Below are positions 45,561-56,287 of a stretch of DNA of 64,000 nt, piece after piece. Each line of letters begins with the position of its first letter. Within the stretch, counting starts at the first letter, position 1. The DNA lies in the IMG/VR virus record IMGVR_UViG_3300017705_000602. One strand, 5' to 3'. The DNA is from a virus. Taxonomy: Duplodnaviria; Heunggongvirae; Uroviricota; Caudoviricetes. The position numbers and the translations under genes were made by a program. The notes beneath the pieces are model-generated. The model had not been told where the DNA came from and searched no databases. It saw nothing but the letters and a program-made list of their open reading frames with translations.

Positions 45561-46452
45561 TCTTCCAAAACTCGATTGTCATGTCTAAGCCAGTGTCTAA
45601 ATCAATTAGTGGTTCCCAACCGATTGTGCTTGTTATTTTATCGTTAGTGCTGTTCAAGTAATAAATCTCGCCTGCTCTTTCTGGCTTGGTATCCCAGTTA
45701 ATATCGCCCTGCCATCCCAGTTTTTTAGCACATATTTCGGCTAATTTTTCGATCGATAGTGCATTGTTGGGGCCAACACAAAAGGTCTCGTTTTTAACTG
45801 CGCTAACGTTGCTTAATATTGCAATATACGCATTTATAAGATCGCTAATGTGCAGGAAATTGCGATACGGTTTTGCATACCCAAGGTTAACAGTATCACC
45901 TTTTAACATTTGAGTAATGATCTGCTCAACAACAAAAAAGTCATTATCGGTGCGTCCGTATGTGTTTGTTTGTCTCAGTATGCAGTACGGTAAGTTGTAC
46001 GCACGTGATGCGTACTCTAGATATTTTTCACAGCCTAGTTTTGCAACTGCGTATGGTGCATTAGGATGCTGTATGGTAGTTTCGTCAAACGGTGCGTGAT
46101 CAAACGGTTCGTTGTTTTTAATCTTGTCCGATATTGGTTGCCAGCCGTAAGTTTCCATAGTCGACGAAAACAAAAATAATTTTAGATTAGGTGCTTCTCT
46201 GGCACTCTCAACTAGATTTACTGTACCGGTATAGTTAACGTCTGAGAACAATGCTTGTTGGTAAAAAGAATGCTCTACTTCAGTTAATGCTGCCAGGTGA
46301 ATTATCACATCTGGATTAGCAGATTTCACGCACTGTCTGGTTGCATCGTGGTCTCTTAAGTCGCAATCGAATAGCACAATTTCGTGAGATGATAAACGTT
46401 GTATCAAGTGTTGTCCTATAAAGCCGGACGAGCCAGTTATTAGTATTTTCAT
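45547..46452 (-). CDS. NAD-dependent nucleotide-sugar epimerase/dehydratase (extended SDR)
   Basis: TGSSGFIG, IHLAA, SST, YAVAK. Confidence 0.9.
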   Translation of the reverse strand: MKILITGSSGFIGQHLIQRLSSHEIVLFDCDLRDHDATRQCVKSANPDVIIHLAALTEVEHSFYQQALFSDVNYTGTVNLVESAREAPNLKLFLFSSTMETYGWQPISDKIKNNEPFDHAPFDETTIQHPNAPYAVAKLGCEKYLEYASRAYNLPYCILRQTNTYGRTDNDFFVVEQIITQMLKGDTVNLGYAKPYRNFLHISDLINAYIAILSNVSAVKNETFCVGPNNALSIEKLAEICAKKLGWQGDINWDTKPERAGEIYYLNSTNDKITSTIGWEPLIDLDTGLDMTIEFWKNALN

Positions 46453-46453
46453 A

Positions 46454-46909
46454 TTATCCTTCGTATGCACATAAAAGTAAATGTGTGCGTGGTGTGTTTC
46501 CTAAATTAAATGCGCTGTGTTCTAGTCGTGTATTAGCAATGTAAAATTTGCCAACTTCGAAGTGATAAAGATTATCACCAAACACTAAAAAGCTCTTGTC
46601 GTTTGTGTTAACAGGAACATGTACCACATACATTTCGTCGTGGTGTTTGCCATATGCCTGTCCTGGCCAGCAAGTGGTTATTGCAACGTTGTAATTACCT
46701 AGAGCAACACCGTGCTTCTTTATTTGCGAGTCGACGTACATGACCATGTCGTGTAGGGTAAACCCGGCTAGTTCTGCATTGACTTGATAAAACCCGCCGT
46801 CGATTAATTTTTGTCTGGCTTCGTCGTCTTGTCGTTTGTATGTATTGTCAATTGCTTTTAACTGTGACATAAACCGATCGGGCAATTCGAACTCAGTTAC
46901 TTGTTGCAT
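46454..46909 (-). CDS. 2OG-Fe(II) oxygenase, Asp/Asn beta-hydroxylase-like
   Basis: PGQAYGKHHD...VHVPVNTN...NTRLEHSAFNLGNTPRTHLL. Confidence 0.8.
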   Translation of the reverse strand: MQQVTEFELPDRFMSQLKAIDNTYKRQDDEARQKLIDGGFYQVNAELAGFTLHDMVMYVDSQIKKHGVALGNYNVAITTCWPGQAYGKHHDEMYVVHVPVNTNDKSFLVFGDNLYHFEVGKFYIANTRLEHSAFNLGNTPRTHLLLCAYEG

Positions 46910-47264
46910 TTACACCTACCAAAAACAAGCAATAGGCACCGGTGTTGGCTATACCTACATTGTTTGCAAAAACTAATTTACTTTCGTTTCCGTGACTGAT
47001 TGCTTTACCGTCATGCACAATATAACAATTTCCGTCGCCGAACACTGGCATAATAATAGTGTCTTGCTCAAAGAATAAACATTGCTTTGAGCACATATAG
47101 ACTAACTTGTATTCGGTACATTCGGCAATAAACGGAAATTCATGGATATCGTAAGGCTTCACTGTAAAGCGATCACTCTTTATGAGCGAGACATTTTCTT
47201 TAAACAGAGATAACCTTAACGACTCGTGTTTGTTTGCAACATTAACGATTGCGTGTATTGCCAT
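46893..47264 (-). CDS. hypothetical, possibly degenerate double-stranded beta-helix protein
   Basis: IIMPV...NVGIANTG resembles the neighbouring oxygenase but lacks HxD. Confidence 0.5.
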   Translation of the reverse strand: MAIHAIVNVANKHESLRLSLFKENVSLIKSDRFTVKPYDIHEFPFIAECTEYKLVYMCSKQCLFFEQDTIIMPVFGDGNCYIVHDGKAISHGNESKLVFANNVGIANTGAYCLFLVGVNATSN

Positions 47265-48459
47265 AATGTATTACTTTCACTCCAGTAATCTCAGGATGTT
47301 TTCTCCACGGGTCAACAATTACTGATCCTGGAACTGGATCAATTACTGCGTTTAATATATCTTTATCGTCATAAGTGATTGCCGAAGAATGCGCCATTAA
47401 AAAAGTGTGCGGTAAAGTTTCATCGTATGGTTCGTTATCGCGCAGATCGTCGCAGTTGTCGTCGTCGACATAATGAACTTGTGTTCCAAGTTGCTTTACG
47501 TATTCGCCTGTTAGTATACTAATAGAGCCTGCAGAATATTCAACACCCGGCTTATACGATTTGCCTACTATAACAACAGGCAATCCGTATGATACAAGTT
47601 CTTTTGCCATGTTCTTTGCTTGCTGTTCTCGTGCAACCATGATAGCATCAAACAAGTCGTAGCCTAGATCCAGTCGGTTAGCCATTGAACGCAATGCTAT
47701 ATTATCGCGTGGATGACAAGCACCTCCATCGCCTAGCCCGGCTGTCATGTACTTAGGTCCGTTGATGCGGAATGTTGATTTAGCAAGTGCATCAGTTACA
47801 ACATCGACATTCATGTTTCCGTTGCGTTCTGCTACATCTTGCATCATGTTAACTAATGCTAGTTTAGAACTGATCCAGGTATTATAGAATATCTTAATGG
47901 CTTCTGCTTCGTCCCATGTGCCTACTTCGATGCGCGGATCATTTTGCATGATCGGCTTATAAAAATCAATCAGCTCTTGCGCATCACCGGTCAGCGAACC
48001 GTCTTCGGTTCCGATAATAATCATTTCGGGATTGACCATGTCGTATTCAACTGTGCCCATGGCTATTAAATAAGGGTTGTAAACGAATCTAAACGAGTCG
48101 AAATGCTTTTGAAAAATGCGTCTCACTGTACCAGGCAACACGGTACTGATAAGCACCACTAGCTGATCTTTGGTGGTATACTTTGCAATTTCCGACAACA
48201 CTGTATCGGCAATTGAATAGTCAAAATCTTTTGGTTCGAGATGGCAAGTAGGATCTTTACCATCATATCTTTCGTCATGCGGAGTTGGAACAGCTACAAA
48301 AATAATATCTCTATCAGTGACACATTCTTCAATGGTCATTGCTTGCAAAAAGCGAGAATTAACGATAGCAGTGTCGTATCCGATTACATTGTAGTGCTTT
48401 GACATTTGATAAGCACACGGTTCGCCTAGTTTCCCTATGCCAATAAATCCAACGTTCAT
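47242..48459 (-). CDS. ugd: UDP-glucose/GDP-mannose 6-dehydrogenase family
   Basis: GIGKLG, AVPTP, STVLPGT, EAIKIFYN, GDGGACHPRD, GKSYKP. Confidence 0.88.
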   Translation of the reverse strand: MNVGFIGIGKLGEPCAYQMSKHYNVIGYDTAIVNSRFLQAMTIEECVTDRDIIFVAVPTPHDERYDGKDPTCHLEPKDFDYSIADTVLSEIAKYTTKDQLVVLISTVLPGTVRRIFQKHFDSFRFVYNPYLIAMGTVEYDMVNPEMIIIGTEDGSLTGDAQELIDFYKPIMQNDPRIEVGTWDEAEAIKIFYNTWISSKLALVNMMQDVAERNGNMNVDVVTDALAKSTFRINGPKYMTAGLGDGGACHPRDNIALRSMANRLDLGYDLFDAIMVAREQQAKNMAKELVSYGLPVVIVGKSYKPGVEYSAGSISILTGEYVKQLGTQVHYVDDDNCDDLRDNEPYDETLPHTFLMAHSSAITYDDKDILNAVIDPVPGSVIVDPWRKHPEITGVKVIHYGNTRNR

Positions 48460-48484
48460 TGTTTCTTCCTGTGTTGTGTTTAGC

Positions 48485-48492
48485 GTATTTAT
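48485..48492 (-). promoter_or_regulatory. T4-type late promoter TATAAATA
   Basis: Minus strand CTATAAATACG about 30 bp upstream of ugd. Confidence 0.6.
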
Positions 48493-48502
48493 AGTACCGT
48501 AG

Positions 48503-49609
48503 CTACGATTTATTAACTGTTTGACCTATTTCTTTACGTATATATCTCAGCAGTTGAGCTCTAATTGATTTTAGATCTTGCAGATACTGTTCGTGGTCTG
48601 TTATACGCTGATAATTGTGATTTGCCGAAATTTTTAAACTGTAAGAGTATTGAGAAAAGTCTACTGTGCATAAGCGAGCAATCTCATCGGCAACTGCGTC
48701 GGCACGGTCAGCGTCCGGTAACCGATCATACGAATGATCAATAAGATAATCGTAAGTGTCAAATCCTCTATCACGCAACTTTTGCACTGAGCCCGGCTGA
48801 CCCATGATTACAAATGGTACACCGTTTGCCATTGACCTAAATGTTTTTTCTGTTAGGAATAACCCTTCTGTAGACTCGTATATAGTTTCGGTTACTACGC
48901 AAAAGTCAACGTTATCGTACAAGTCCGACAAAATATCTTCGGGTGTGCGAGAATAACCTTGACCTGAAGTCCCTATGTTGTCAGCAGTATAAGGTACCAG
49001 TTTTGCAAAATCAGCAAGCATGTTGTTACAGAAATTGTTTTCCGGTTCAAAAAATTCATTATGTAAAATTTCATTCATTTCACTCACTGTGATATCTTGC
49101 ATACAGTTTATAAAAGACCAATGGCATTGGTCTATTAATCCATATTCGAAAATCTTTAACATAGTATACAAACGGTGAGATTTAGTCCCACGGTTCATGC
49201 AAGCAAATTTGCGCGGCGCTAGACCAGTGTTGTGCGGAGGCAGTTTCCGTTTAAGTTGGAATAATACCTGAAGCTCAAACAAGTCGACTTCAACGATATT
49301 GTACTCGGGGAATAATTTCGATGCGTGGCCGCCCATTGCAAAAATAACATGCTCTGGCTCAAACCCAAAGTAGTCGCCGATGCTCCACCACCAGTCTTCA
49401 AGGTACCTTTTATTGCATTCGAATGTGCAATCAACAAAAAGCATTATTTCTTTTGCTTTAACTTTAGCAACAATTTCTGCGGGTATATAATCTCTGCGTT
49501 GCTTGATATCGCTACTTACCCTTAGCGGATAATAGAATAAAGAGTCAGTGGTGTAGTTGGTATAGTTGCTGTAATAGTGAATTGCAAAATACTTTGAATA
49601 GTTCTTCAC
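48503..49609 (-). CDS. GT10-like putative glycosyltransferase (start may extend to an ATT at 49681)
   Basis: KFACMNR..KSHR...FCVVTET...FLTEKTFR...PFVIMG...GFDTY...DHSYD. Confidence 0.6.
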   Translation of the reverse strand: MKNYSKYFAIHYYSNYTNYTTDSLFYYPLRVSSDIKQRRDYIPAEIVAKVKAKEIMLFVDCTFECNKRYLEDWWWSIGDYFGFEPEHVIFAMGGHASKLFPEYNIVEVDLFELQVLFQLKRKLPPHNTGLAPRKFACMNRGTKSHRLYTMLKIFEYGLIDQCHWSFINCMQDITVSEMNEILHNEFFEPENNFCNNMLADFAKLVPYTADNIGTSGQGYSRTPEDILSDLYDNVDFCVVTETIYESTEGLFLTEKTFRSMANGVPFVIMGQPGSVQKLRDRGFDTYDYLIDHSYDRLPDADRADAVADEIARLCTVDFSQYSYSLKISANHNYQRITDHEQYLQDLKSIRAQLLRYIRKEIGQTVNKS

Positions 49610-49689
49610 AGACTTTAAAACACGCGAAAAGTCAAACGAACCGATATCTTTGTATTTGTCGTTTATGATAAAATCGATAATAGTATCAC

Positions 49690-50808
49690 CTATTTTAAGA
49701 AATTGATCATGTGCTCTATTCGTTCTTGATAGAAATCTTTTTGCATCATGAGATTGTAATTATGCTCGGTAACCCGAGCTATTTGCTCTTGATATTTAGC
49801 AAAATCAATATCGCACAATCTTTCAATTTCGTCTACAATTGCGTGTATTCTTTCATGGTAGTCAAGACTGTCGTAGCTTTCGTTGATTAAAAAATCAAAC
49901 GTTTTGTATCCTAAACTTTGCATGTACTGCAATGTGTGTTTATCGCCCAGTACAACAAACGGAACTTTATTAACAATTGCCTTCATGATCTTTTCAGTTA
50001 TAAAAACTGAGCCATTGCCAGAGTTAACTAATGATTCGGTAATAACTGCAAAGTCAACATACTGATAATCGGGAGAGATAATACCATCGTTTATAGCCAT
50101 CGAATCAGTTAAACTTATGTCGTCGACTTTTAGTGGTAAGCTTTGCTTGAGTTGCTTTGCTCGAGCATGGTCAATTACAAAGTTGTCCTGTTCGAGAACC
50201 TGCACGATGTGGTCGAAATCGTAATGTTCTAAGTCGTTACATTCTGCAGGAAAAGAACAATATCCTTGATCTAAAAGATTGCGTTCGTGTAGCAAATAAG
50301 TTAATGCTAATCTGTGAGGTCGCGGCCGTGCATTAAGCATGATAAACTTTTTGCGTTCTGAAAACCCAAACTGATAAGATAATTTTTCTTTTACTCCGTA
50401 AAATGCTTTTGTTTCAAACATCGGGCAATGACATATAGCAGGATGCGGACTACCGTTTAAATAACCTGCTCCTGATAAAATTCGATACATTGACGGTTCG
50501 ATTCCTAGTTCGTCCATGCGCTCAATAAAACGATTTATTGCAAAGTAATCGCCCTCGAACGAAAAATCAAACAACAGTTTAATACTTCCGGATAATGCTT
50601 GATTGACAATATTGTCGTCAAAGTCAACTTGTTTGTTATTGTAAAATCCGTTGTGTGATACTAAAAAATAATCACAATTTCCTGTGTTTGCAAAGTAACC
50701 ATCAACAGGCATAGCAACCTGATTAGCAAGCCGATAATCGTAAAAATACACACAGTCATAAAAAGTCCTGCCGCATTTTTTGTATGCGCTATCGTTGAAT
50801 GTAATCAT
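49690..50808 (-). CDS. GT10-like putative glycosyltransferase
   Basis: KFIMLNARPRPHR...AVITES...FITEKIMK...PFVVLG...GYKTF...NESYD. Confidence 0.6.
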   Translation of the reverse strand: MITFNDSAYKKCGRTFYDCVYFYDYRLANQVAMPVDGYFANTGNCDYFLVSHNGFYNNKQVDFDDNIVNQALSGSIKLLFDFSFEGDYFAINRFIERMDELGIEPSMYRILSGAGYLNGSPHPAICHCPMFETKAFYGVKEKLSYQFGFSERKKFIMLNARPRPHRLALTYLLHERNLLDQGYCSFPAECNDLEHYDFDHIVQVLEQDNFVIDHARAKQLKQSLPLKVDDISLTDSMAINDGIISPDYQYVDFAVITESLVNSGNGSVFITEKIMKAIVNKVPFVVLGDKHTLQYMQSLGYKTFDFLINESYDSLDYHERIHAIVDEIERLCDIDFAKYQEQIARVTEHNYNLMMQKDFYQERIEHMINFLK

Positions 50809-51430
50809 AAAACTCTCCCCAAATGTAATGAAAATTATGATCCCAGAACTTGTTACCGTGTAATTTTATTTGTTCAGCCGAAACACATTTCGAATTAAAG
50901 AATGTTTGCATGTTGATATTAGACACAGCATCACTAGATGTAATAATAACTGGCATAGCATTTAGTACATCGTTATCTGTGTCTGTTGATGAAACAAAAC
51001 AGATTATTTTATTACCAACTGTTAAAATAAAGTTTGTATCACGTTCGGAAATTAAATTCTTTTCAATAGAAGGATATTTGTGCAACATCGAAAGTATAGT
51101 AAAAGGACTTGTCATTGATGCTTTCGTAACTATCCGAAATCGTAACTTAAGGCTCGAATAGATATAACTGTAATGATGCTCAATTAAAAAGAAAGCATTT
51201 TTATTTTTTGCAACCACTTTAAATAGTTCATGGTCAACAGTATCAAGTAACATCTCATTAGATATATCGTTTCCTAATTTGCCTGGGTATACATAAATTG
51301 CATCGAACGTTTTTTCTTGACCTGGCAAAAACTCGCTTGCTGTTTTTATAACAAGATTTTTGTTACTTGAAAATTTGTTTACATACTCTACAAAATGGTC
51401 GTTTTGTTGCACAAGCAATAATATTTTCAT
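50789..51430 (-). CDS. hypothetical protein
   Basis: Coupled ORF in the operon. Confidence 0.65.
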   Translation of the reverse strand: MKILLLVQQNDHFVEYVNKFSSNKNLVIKTASEFLPGQEKTFDAIYVYPGKLGNDISNEMLLDTVDHELFKVVAKNKNAFFLIEHHYSYIYSSLKLRFRIVTKASMTSPFTILSMLHKYPSIEKNLISERDTNFILTVGNKIICFVSSTDTDNDVLNAMPVIITSSDAVSNINMQTFFNSKCVSAEQIKLHGNKFWDHNFHYIWGEFYDYIQR

Positions 51431-52515
51431 GCAAATTTACTCAACAGATCGACTAGTGCTTTCTTGTAATCTTTCGAGATACAGTGCTGTCGGTTATGTT
51501 GTGTTATTGCTTGCACATGCGCTTGTTTATTATCTAGATCGTTTAGTGAAAAGTTGTCTACTTGAGATACAACCGAATCGATTCGATCGGACAATCCAAT
51601 TAAGCTGTCGTATTCTTCGTCAAACAATATGTCAAATGATTTATAACCTTGCTGTTTTAAAAATCCAATCAGCCCTGGGCTACCTACCATCATAAAAGGA
51701 TGCATAGACAGTATTGCCTTGAATGTCTTTTCAGTTACAAACAACGAACCCGGTGTGTTAATCGATTCTGTTACAATTGAAAATGCAGTGTTATTGTACA
51801 ATTCAACATCGTCGAGGTACTGGTTCTGCAGACACTCTGTTAAAGTTAAGTCTATCATTACCGGATCGCTAAATGTAATTGCATGCAATTCAGCTTTTAC
51901 TTTTTCCGATGTGTTACAAGTATCTATTTCGTTTGCAACTAACTGGTCGCAATATCTATTTTTTAAATAACTTATATATCCGTCGTTGCGATTTTGCATT
52001 TTACGGAACAGCATGGTTCTGTGTACTTTTGCAGTGCCGTTATACGAAAGAAACTTTTTAGCAGGATTAACCGATACTGTTTCTCTACCTTTGATTTTGT
52101 GAGTTGCAATCATGTCGAAATAGAAAAACGGCTCAATTGTTAAATTGCTAGGACAGTTACGATGTGCAATTTCTCCGCACTCGCCAGTTATTATTAAAAT
52201 TGATTTGTTATGGATACCAAGGCGGTTCAATTGGAATATTTCATTCTCAATCATGCTATATGATACTGGTTCTCTCGGATAAAATAAAACCAGCTTATAC
52301 TGACCAGAAAGTATTTTATCTACTTCGCAATCAAGCAACATGTCGACTAATCTACCGGTATCAAAAATATTAATTAATTCGACAATTAATAAACCAGGTT
52401 TATCAGTTGCTTGAGTATAATTTATATCATAAAAATCAAGGTAGTAAAATACCGAATCGTTATCTCGATAAGAAACATTTTGTAAGTCATTGCTTTTGCT
52501 ACGAATTAGATTCAC
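51427..52515 (-). CDS. GT10-like putative glycosyltransferase
   Basis: KFLSYNG..KVHR...FSIVTES...FVTEKTFK...HPFMMVG...GYKSF...DEEYD. Confidence 0.6.
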   Translation of the reverse strand: MNLIRSKSNDLQNVSYRDNDSVFYYLDFYDINYTQATDKPGLLIVELINIFDTGRLVDMLLDCEVDKILSGQYKLVLFYPREPVSYSMIENEIFQLNRLGIHNKSILIITGECGEIAHRNCPSNLTIEPFFYFDMIATHKIKGRETVSVNPAKKFLSYNGTAKVHRTMLFRKMQNRNDGYISYLKNRYCDQLVANEIDTCNTSEKVKAELHAITFSDPVMIDLTLTECLQNQYLDDVELYNNTAFSIVTESINTPGSLFVTEKTFKAILSMHPFMMVGSPGLIGFLKQQGYKSFDILFDEEYDSLIGLSDRIDSVVSQVDNFSLNDLDNKQAHVQAITQHNRQHCISKDYKKALVDLLSKFA

Positions 52516-53776
52516 GGTCTATTAACTCTTTGAATTCTGGAAAGATATCTGAAAAAGACTCTCTTCTTATTTGATCTAGCTCGTCTGTGTAGTTTAAAAA
52601 CAGTTGCCATTTTGCAGGGTCGTGTTCTTTTGTTCGATACAGTTGTTCTATTTCGTGCTTTTGATGACTAGACATATTTTCGCATTCGTTTATTTTGTCA
52701 ATCAGTTGCGACCTTATCGATAAAGGTATAACATCCGGCGACATAAAATCAGGCCACATTACAAAATTGTGAGCTATTTCAATTGAACTGTCGTACTCGT
52801 TCCAATAGTCGTGGAACTCTTTAAGATACGGAAAGTTATATACGCTGACTGTTTGCAGTATCTTTATACGCACAGTATCGGTAGCAAGACACTGATCAAC
52901 TGTTTTTAAAACTTTATCCCACTTGGTTGGGTGTCTAATATAATAGTTTCGATCTTCGATATCATCGATGCTGGCACGAATTTCAACTTCCTTAAACTGA
53001 TCCCACAGTTCAAGCGCGATATCGGGGATAAGCGTCATGTTCAAGCTATACCAAATTTTAATATTTTTAGCAAATCCTTTTTCGATTAGCTTTTCCAAGA
53101 AACGCCAGTGCTGTTTGATTAACGTGGGCTCGCCGCCATTAATGTATAAACTTTCTAAGTTTTCGCATTTGTCTAGGATATCATCGTACACATTTTCATC
53201 TTCGCACCAATCAAATGTCGACCAGTCCAGCCCTCGATACTGAGGAATAACTTTTGCACCTTCCCACTCACCGTCCTGAAGTTTTTCGTAATCTGTTTTC
53301 CATCGGTTTGAGCTTGCAGGGTTGCAAGTGCGACATTTAACATTGCATACATTGCCAAGTCTAAACTCAACAAAGCGTAAATCAGTTTTCTTTAAACTGC
53401 CGTCTTGGTTGGTGTTGTCTGCGGCTTCCGCTAACGAATAGTTAGGATATTCTCTTTGCTCTAGCAGACGTTTACTGTCTAAACCTTTGTCTTCGCGATT
53501 GTAACATCGCATGCATGCTTCGGGTTTTTCTCCTGCTAGCATTTGCTTACGAACTGTTTTAAAGTAATCGCTGTCATGTATTTCTTTAATAGTGTGCTTG
53601 CCAAGGAATTTAATTTCTTGCTGGTCAGCACCTACAATCGATTCTTTAGTATCTTTACTGCTACTAGCATGATTGGTCATATCAGCTTCGCAACAAAGAG
53701 TAACATGCCCCATAGGGTGTGTTGCTAAATGAATCCATGGTAATACACAAAATGTTTTCTTAGGATCGTTGCTCAT
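52499..53776 (-). CDS. twitch/SPASM-domain radical SAM protein
   Basis: CVLPWIH...LCC...ACMRC; CNVKCRTC; GGEP. Confidence 0.9.
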   Translation of the reverse strand: MSNDPKKTFCVLPWIHLATHPMGHVTLCCEADMTNHASSSKDTKESIVGADQQEIKFLGKHTIKEIHDSDYFKTVRKQMLAGEKPEACMRCYNREDKGLDSKRLLEQREYPNYSLAEAADNTNQDGSLKKTDLRFVEFRLGNVCNVKCRTCNPASSNRWKTDYEKLQDGEWEGAKVIPQYRGLDWSTFDWCEDENVYDDILDKCENLESLYINGGEPTLIKQHWRFLEKLIEKGFAKNIKIWYSLNMTLIPDIALELWDQFKEVEIRASIDDIEDRNYYIRHPTKWDKVLKTVDQCLATDTVRIKILQTVSVYNFPYLKEFHDYWNEYDSSIEIAHNFVMWPDFMSPDVIPLSIRSQLIDKINECENMSSHQKHEIEQLYRTKEHDPAKWQLFLNYTDELDQIRRESFSDIFPEFKELIDRESNS

Positions 53777-55101
53777 TTTATCTCCTGATTCCACCAGCTA
53801 ATTGCCTGAGTGTTAACTGCTAAAATTTCTTCCATTGTGATTGGTTGCTTTCTTATTCGTTCTAGTTCGACCAAGCGATGCCGACCTTCTCGAAAGCCTT
53901 CTACATAGTTATCATACTGTTCTTCGAACACTGGGCGCTTTTTCATTTCGTGTAATGTGTCTATGTACACTTGTGTTTTGCGCGTAACACGTGGTTCCAT
54001 ATACTCGAGCAGTTCGTCGATAATATTGTCTAACACATCGCGTGGCATAGACATGGGCGACATCAGCACGGTGCTGTCAAAAGAAAATGTTATTTTTAAA
54101 TATGTTTTTACATCAAGCTCTTGAGCAAGGTCAAACATAGACTTTAGTGAAAACAGTCCTGGCATGGTCAGTGTTACATCGAACACTATTGCATCTTCGC
54201 CAAACTGCTCTTTCAAGAAAAGACCTTGTTTAAAATTGTCAAGCCATTTATCCCAGTTGAGACCACTGCGTATGTATTCACCTATAGCGCCACTTCCGTC
54301 AATACTGGCACATAAATTTACTCGCTTAAAGTGCGGAAGCAATTCATACAACTGCGAGTCTTTGCGACTGAGACGATTAAGATTGGTGTTGTATCTCACA
54401 ACTACATTTTTAGAATGTCCACTGTCGACCAGTTGTTGCATTACAGTCCAGTGCTTTTCCCACATTAATGGTTCGCCGCCCACCCAATATAATTCTTCGA
54501 CAGTTTCGTTATCTACTGCTTGCTGTAATTCGTCTTCGAGCACATTCTCCTGGAAGTCTCGGATAGGTATACGTAGCTCGGGAGCCATCCACTTGTCAAA
54601 TTTAGGATCCCACATGCCATGCTTTCGTTTTTCGGCTTCCCAGCTTGAGCTCAGTTGTTCTCCGCACATGCGACACTTGAAATCACAACGATTACTTAAA
54701 CGATAATCAAAGCTGATAGGGTCAAGTGTAGTGTGGCCATCTGCAGAAGTACTTTCGTAAATCTTGTCAATGTATTGAGGAAACAGTGTCTGCGTGAAGT
54801 AGTTTCGGTAAGTGTGCAAATTTAAAACTTGGTTGTTGCAAACTTCGCACTGGGGTATTTTTTCGCCTGCTATGATTCGGCGGCGAATATCTTTCATGTA
54901 TTCTGAATTCCAGTGCTCGCTTAATGTTGCCGGATCGAATACATCTGTTTTTGTGCCTGAGTCAGCATCAATGTACTGTCGTTGAAAAGACGCATCCTCC
55001 CTGCTTGCACAACACAATCGTCTTTCGCCTTGCGGGCTAACATACGTGTGTGTCCAAGGTGCAGTACAAAAAACATCAGGTATTGTGTTTGGTTTCTCCA
55101 T
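53773..55101 (-). CDS. twitch/SPASM-domain radical SAM protein
   Basis: CTAPWTH...LCC...CEVC; CDFKCRMC; GGEP. Confidence 0.9.
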   Translation of the reverse strand: MEKPNTIPDVFCTAPWTHTYVSPQGERRLCCASREDASFQRQYIDADSGTKTDVFDPATLSEHWNSEYMKDIRRRIIAGEKIPQCEVCNNQVLNLHTYRNYFTQTLFPQYIDKIYESTSADGHTTLDPISFDYRLSNRCDFKCRMCGEQLSSSWEAEKRKHGMWDPKFDKWMAPELRIPIRDFQENVLEDELQQAVDNETVEELYWVGGEPLMWEKHWTVMQQLVDSGHSKNVVVRYNTNLNRLSRKDSQLYELLPHFKRVNLCASIDGSGAIGEYIRSGLNWDKWLDNFKQGLFLKEQFGEDAIVFDVTLTMPGLFSLKSMFDLAQELDVKTYLKITFSFDSTVLMSPMSMPRDVLDNIIDELLEYMEPRVTRKTQVYIDTLHEMKKRPVFEEQYDNYVEGFREGRHRLVELERIRKQPITMEEILAVNTQAISWWNQEIK

Positions 55102-56287
55102 AAATGTATTCTTTTAACTCCGGAAACGTTGATGCAAAATCTTCGTTTCTAAATTCGTCTAAGTTGTGTGTTATATCATTAAACGCAATAAGCTCTTGTG
55201 ATAATCCTGGCGTGTTAACATATTCGCGTATTTCGTTAAGCGATCGTTTAGCTGATTCGTACTTGAATTGATGTGCATTATACATTTTTTCAATACGTTC
55301 AATTAATACTTGCTTGGCAGCCAGTGGCAAGTTTTTAATGTTGTAGTGAGATGGATGATACAGCATGTTGAAATAAATTTCAAGATTGTTATCTTCGGCC
55401 CATAGTACAAACTCGCAGATGTCAAGCACGTTCAGTATATTTACTGTATGGCAAACTTGTAGCACAATATTATCGAACTCGCGAAATCTCATGATGTTGC
55501 TTTCGACAGTTTGCCATTTCGAACCGTGTCGTTGATATTCAAACTTTTTGCCTAGTGCATCAATACTGAGCATGATTTCCACGCGCTTGAATTTGGTCCA
55601 TACTTCGTGCAAGATTTCGTCCGATGGTAAAATCGTACCGTTGGTGTTGTAATGTATTGCAATGTCAGACACATCAGCTTGCTCAGTAAGCAGTTTCAAA
55701 AAGCGATAATGCTCTTTGATCAACAAAGGATCGCCACCTGCAAAGTCTATCTGAACAACATTGTCAACATACTGCAACAAGTCTGCCCAGAACTCTGGGT
55801 AGTCTTCTGCCCATCGACTGTTTGCAAGATAATAGTCAATCGTGTCTTCGTCAGCTAGCTTTAATGCCTTTGCATCTTTTGCCCACTTGATACTGTTCTC
55901 GTATGTGCATATACGGCACTTTAAATTGCAAATCGACCCTAGTTTTAAGTCGAAATAGATGGGATTTTCCTCACTAACTACCTCGTAGCTATGCTCTGGT
56001 GCATAGAATCGGTCTAGGTCGTTAATACGCTTGCTTTTCATGCCACCGTCTTCTAAATCCCAGCAGTATCGGCATTCGTCGGGTCGTTCGTTGTTGAGAA
56101 ACTTTGTTCGCAACGATTGCATGTTTTTAGAGTTCCATACATCGCCGACTGTTACGCCTTCTGATATATGTGTCTTGCCATCGTCGCGTTCAATTTTGCC
56201 CTGATACAAACAGCATGCCCTAAAAGTTCCATCTGTTTCGGCACTAAGGTGTACCCAAGGCAGAACACAGAAATTACTTTTAGACAT
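55076..56287 (-). CDS. twitch/SPASM-domain radical SAM protein
   Basis: CVLPWVH...ACC...CRYC; CNLKCRIC; GGDP. Confidence 0.9.
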   Translation of the reverse strand: MSKSNFCVLPWVHLSAETDGTFRACCLYQGKIERDDGKTHISEGVTVGDVWNSKNMQSLRTKFLNNERPDECRYCWDLEDGGMKSKRINDLDRFYAPEHSYEVVSEENPIYFDLKLGSICNLKCRICTYENSIKWAKDAKALKLADEDTIDYYLANSRWAEDYPEFWADLLQYVDNVVQIDFAGGDPLLIKEHYRFLKLLTEQADVSDIAIHYNTNGTILPSDEILHEVWTKFKRVEIMLSIDALGKKFEYQRHGSKWQTVESNIMRFREFDNIVLQVCHTVNILNVLDICEFVLWAEDNNLEIYFNMLYHPSHYNIKNLPLAAKQVLIERIEKMYNAHQFKYESAKRSLNEIREYVNTPGLSQELIAFNDITHNLDEFRNEDFASTFPELKEYIYGETKHNT

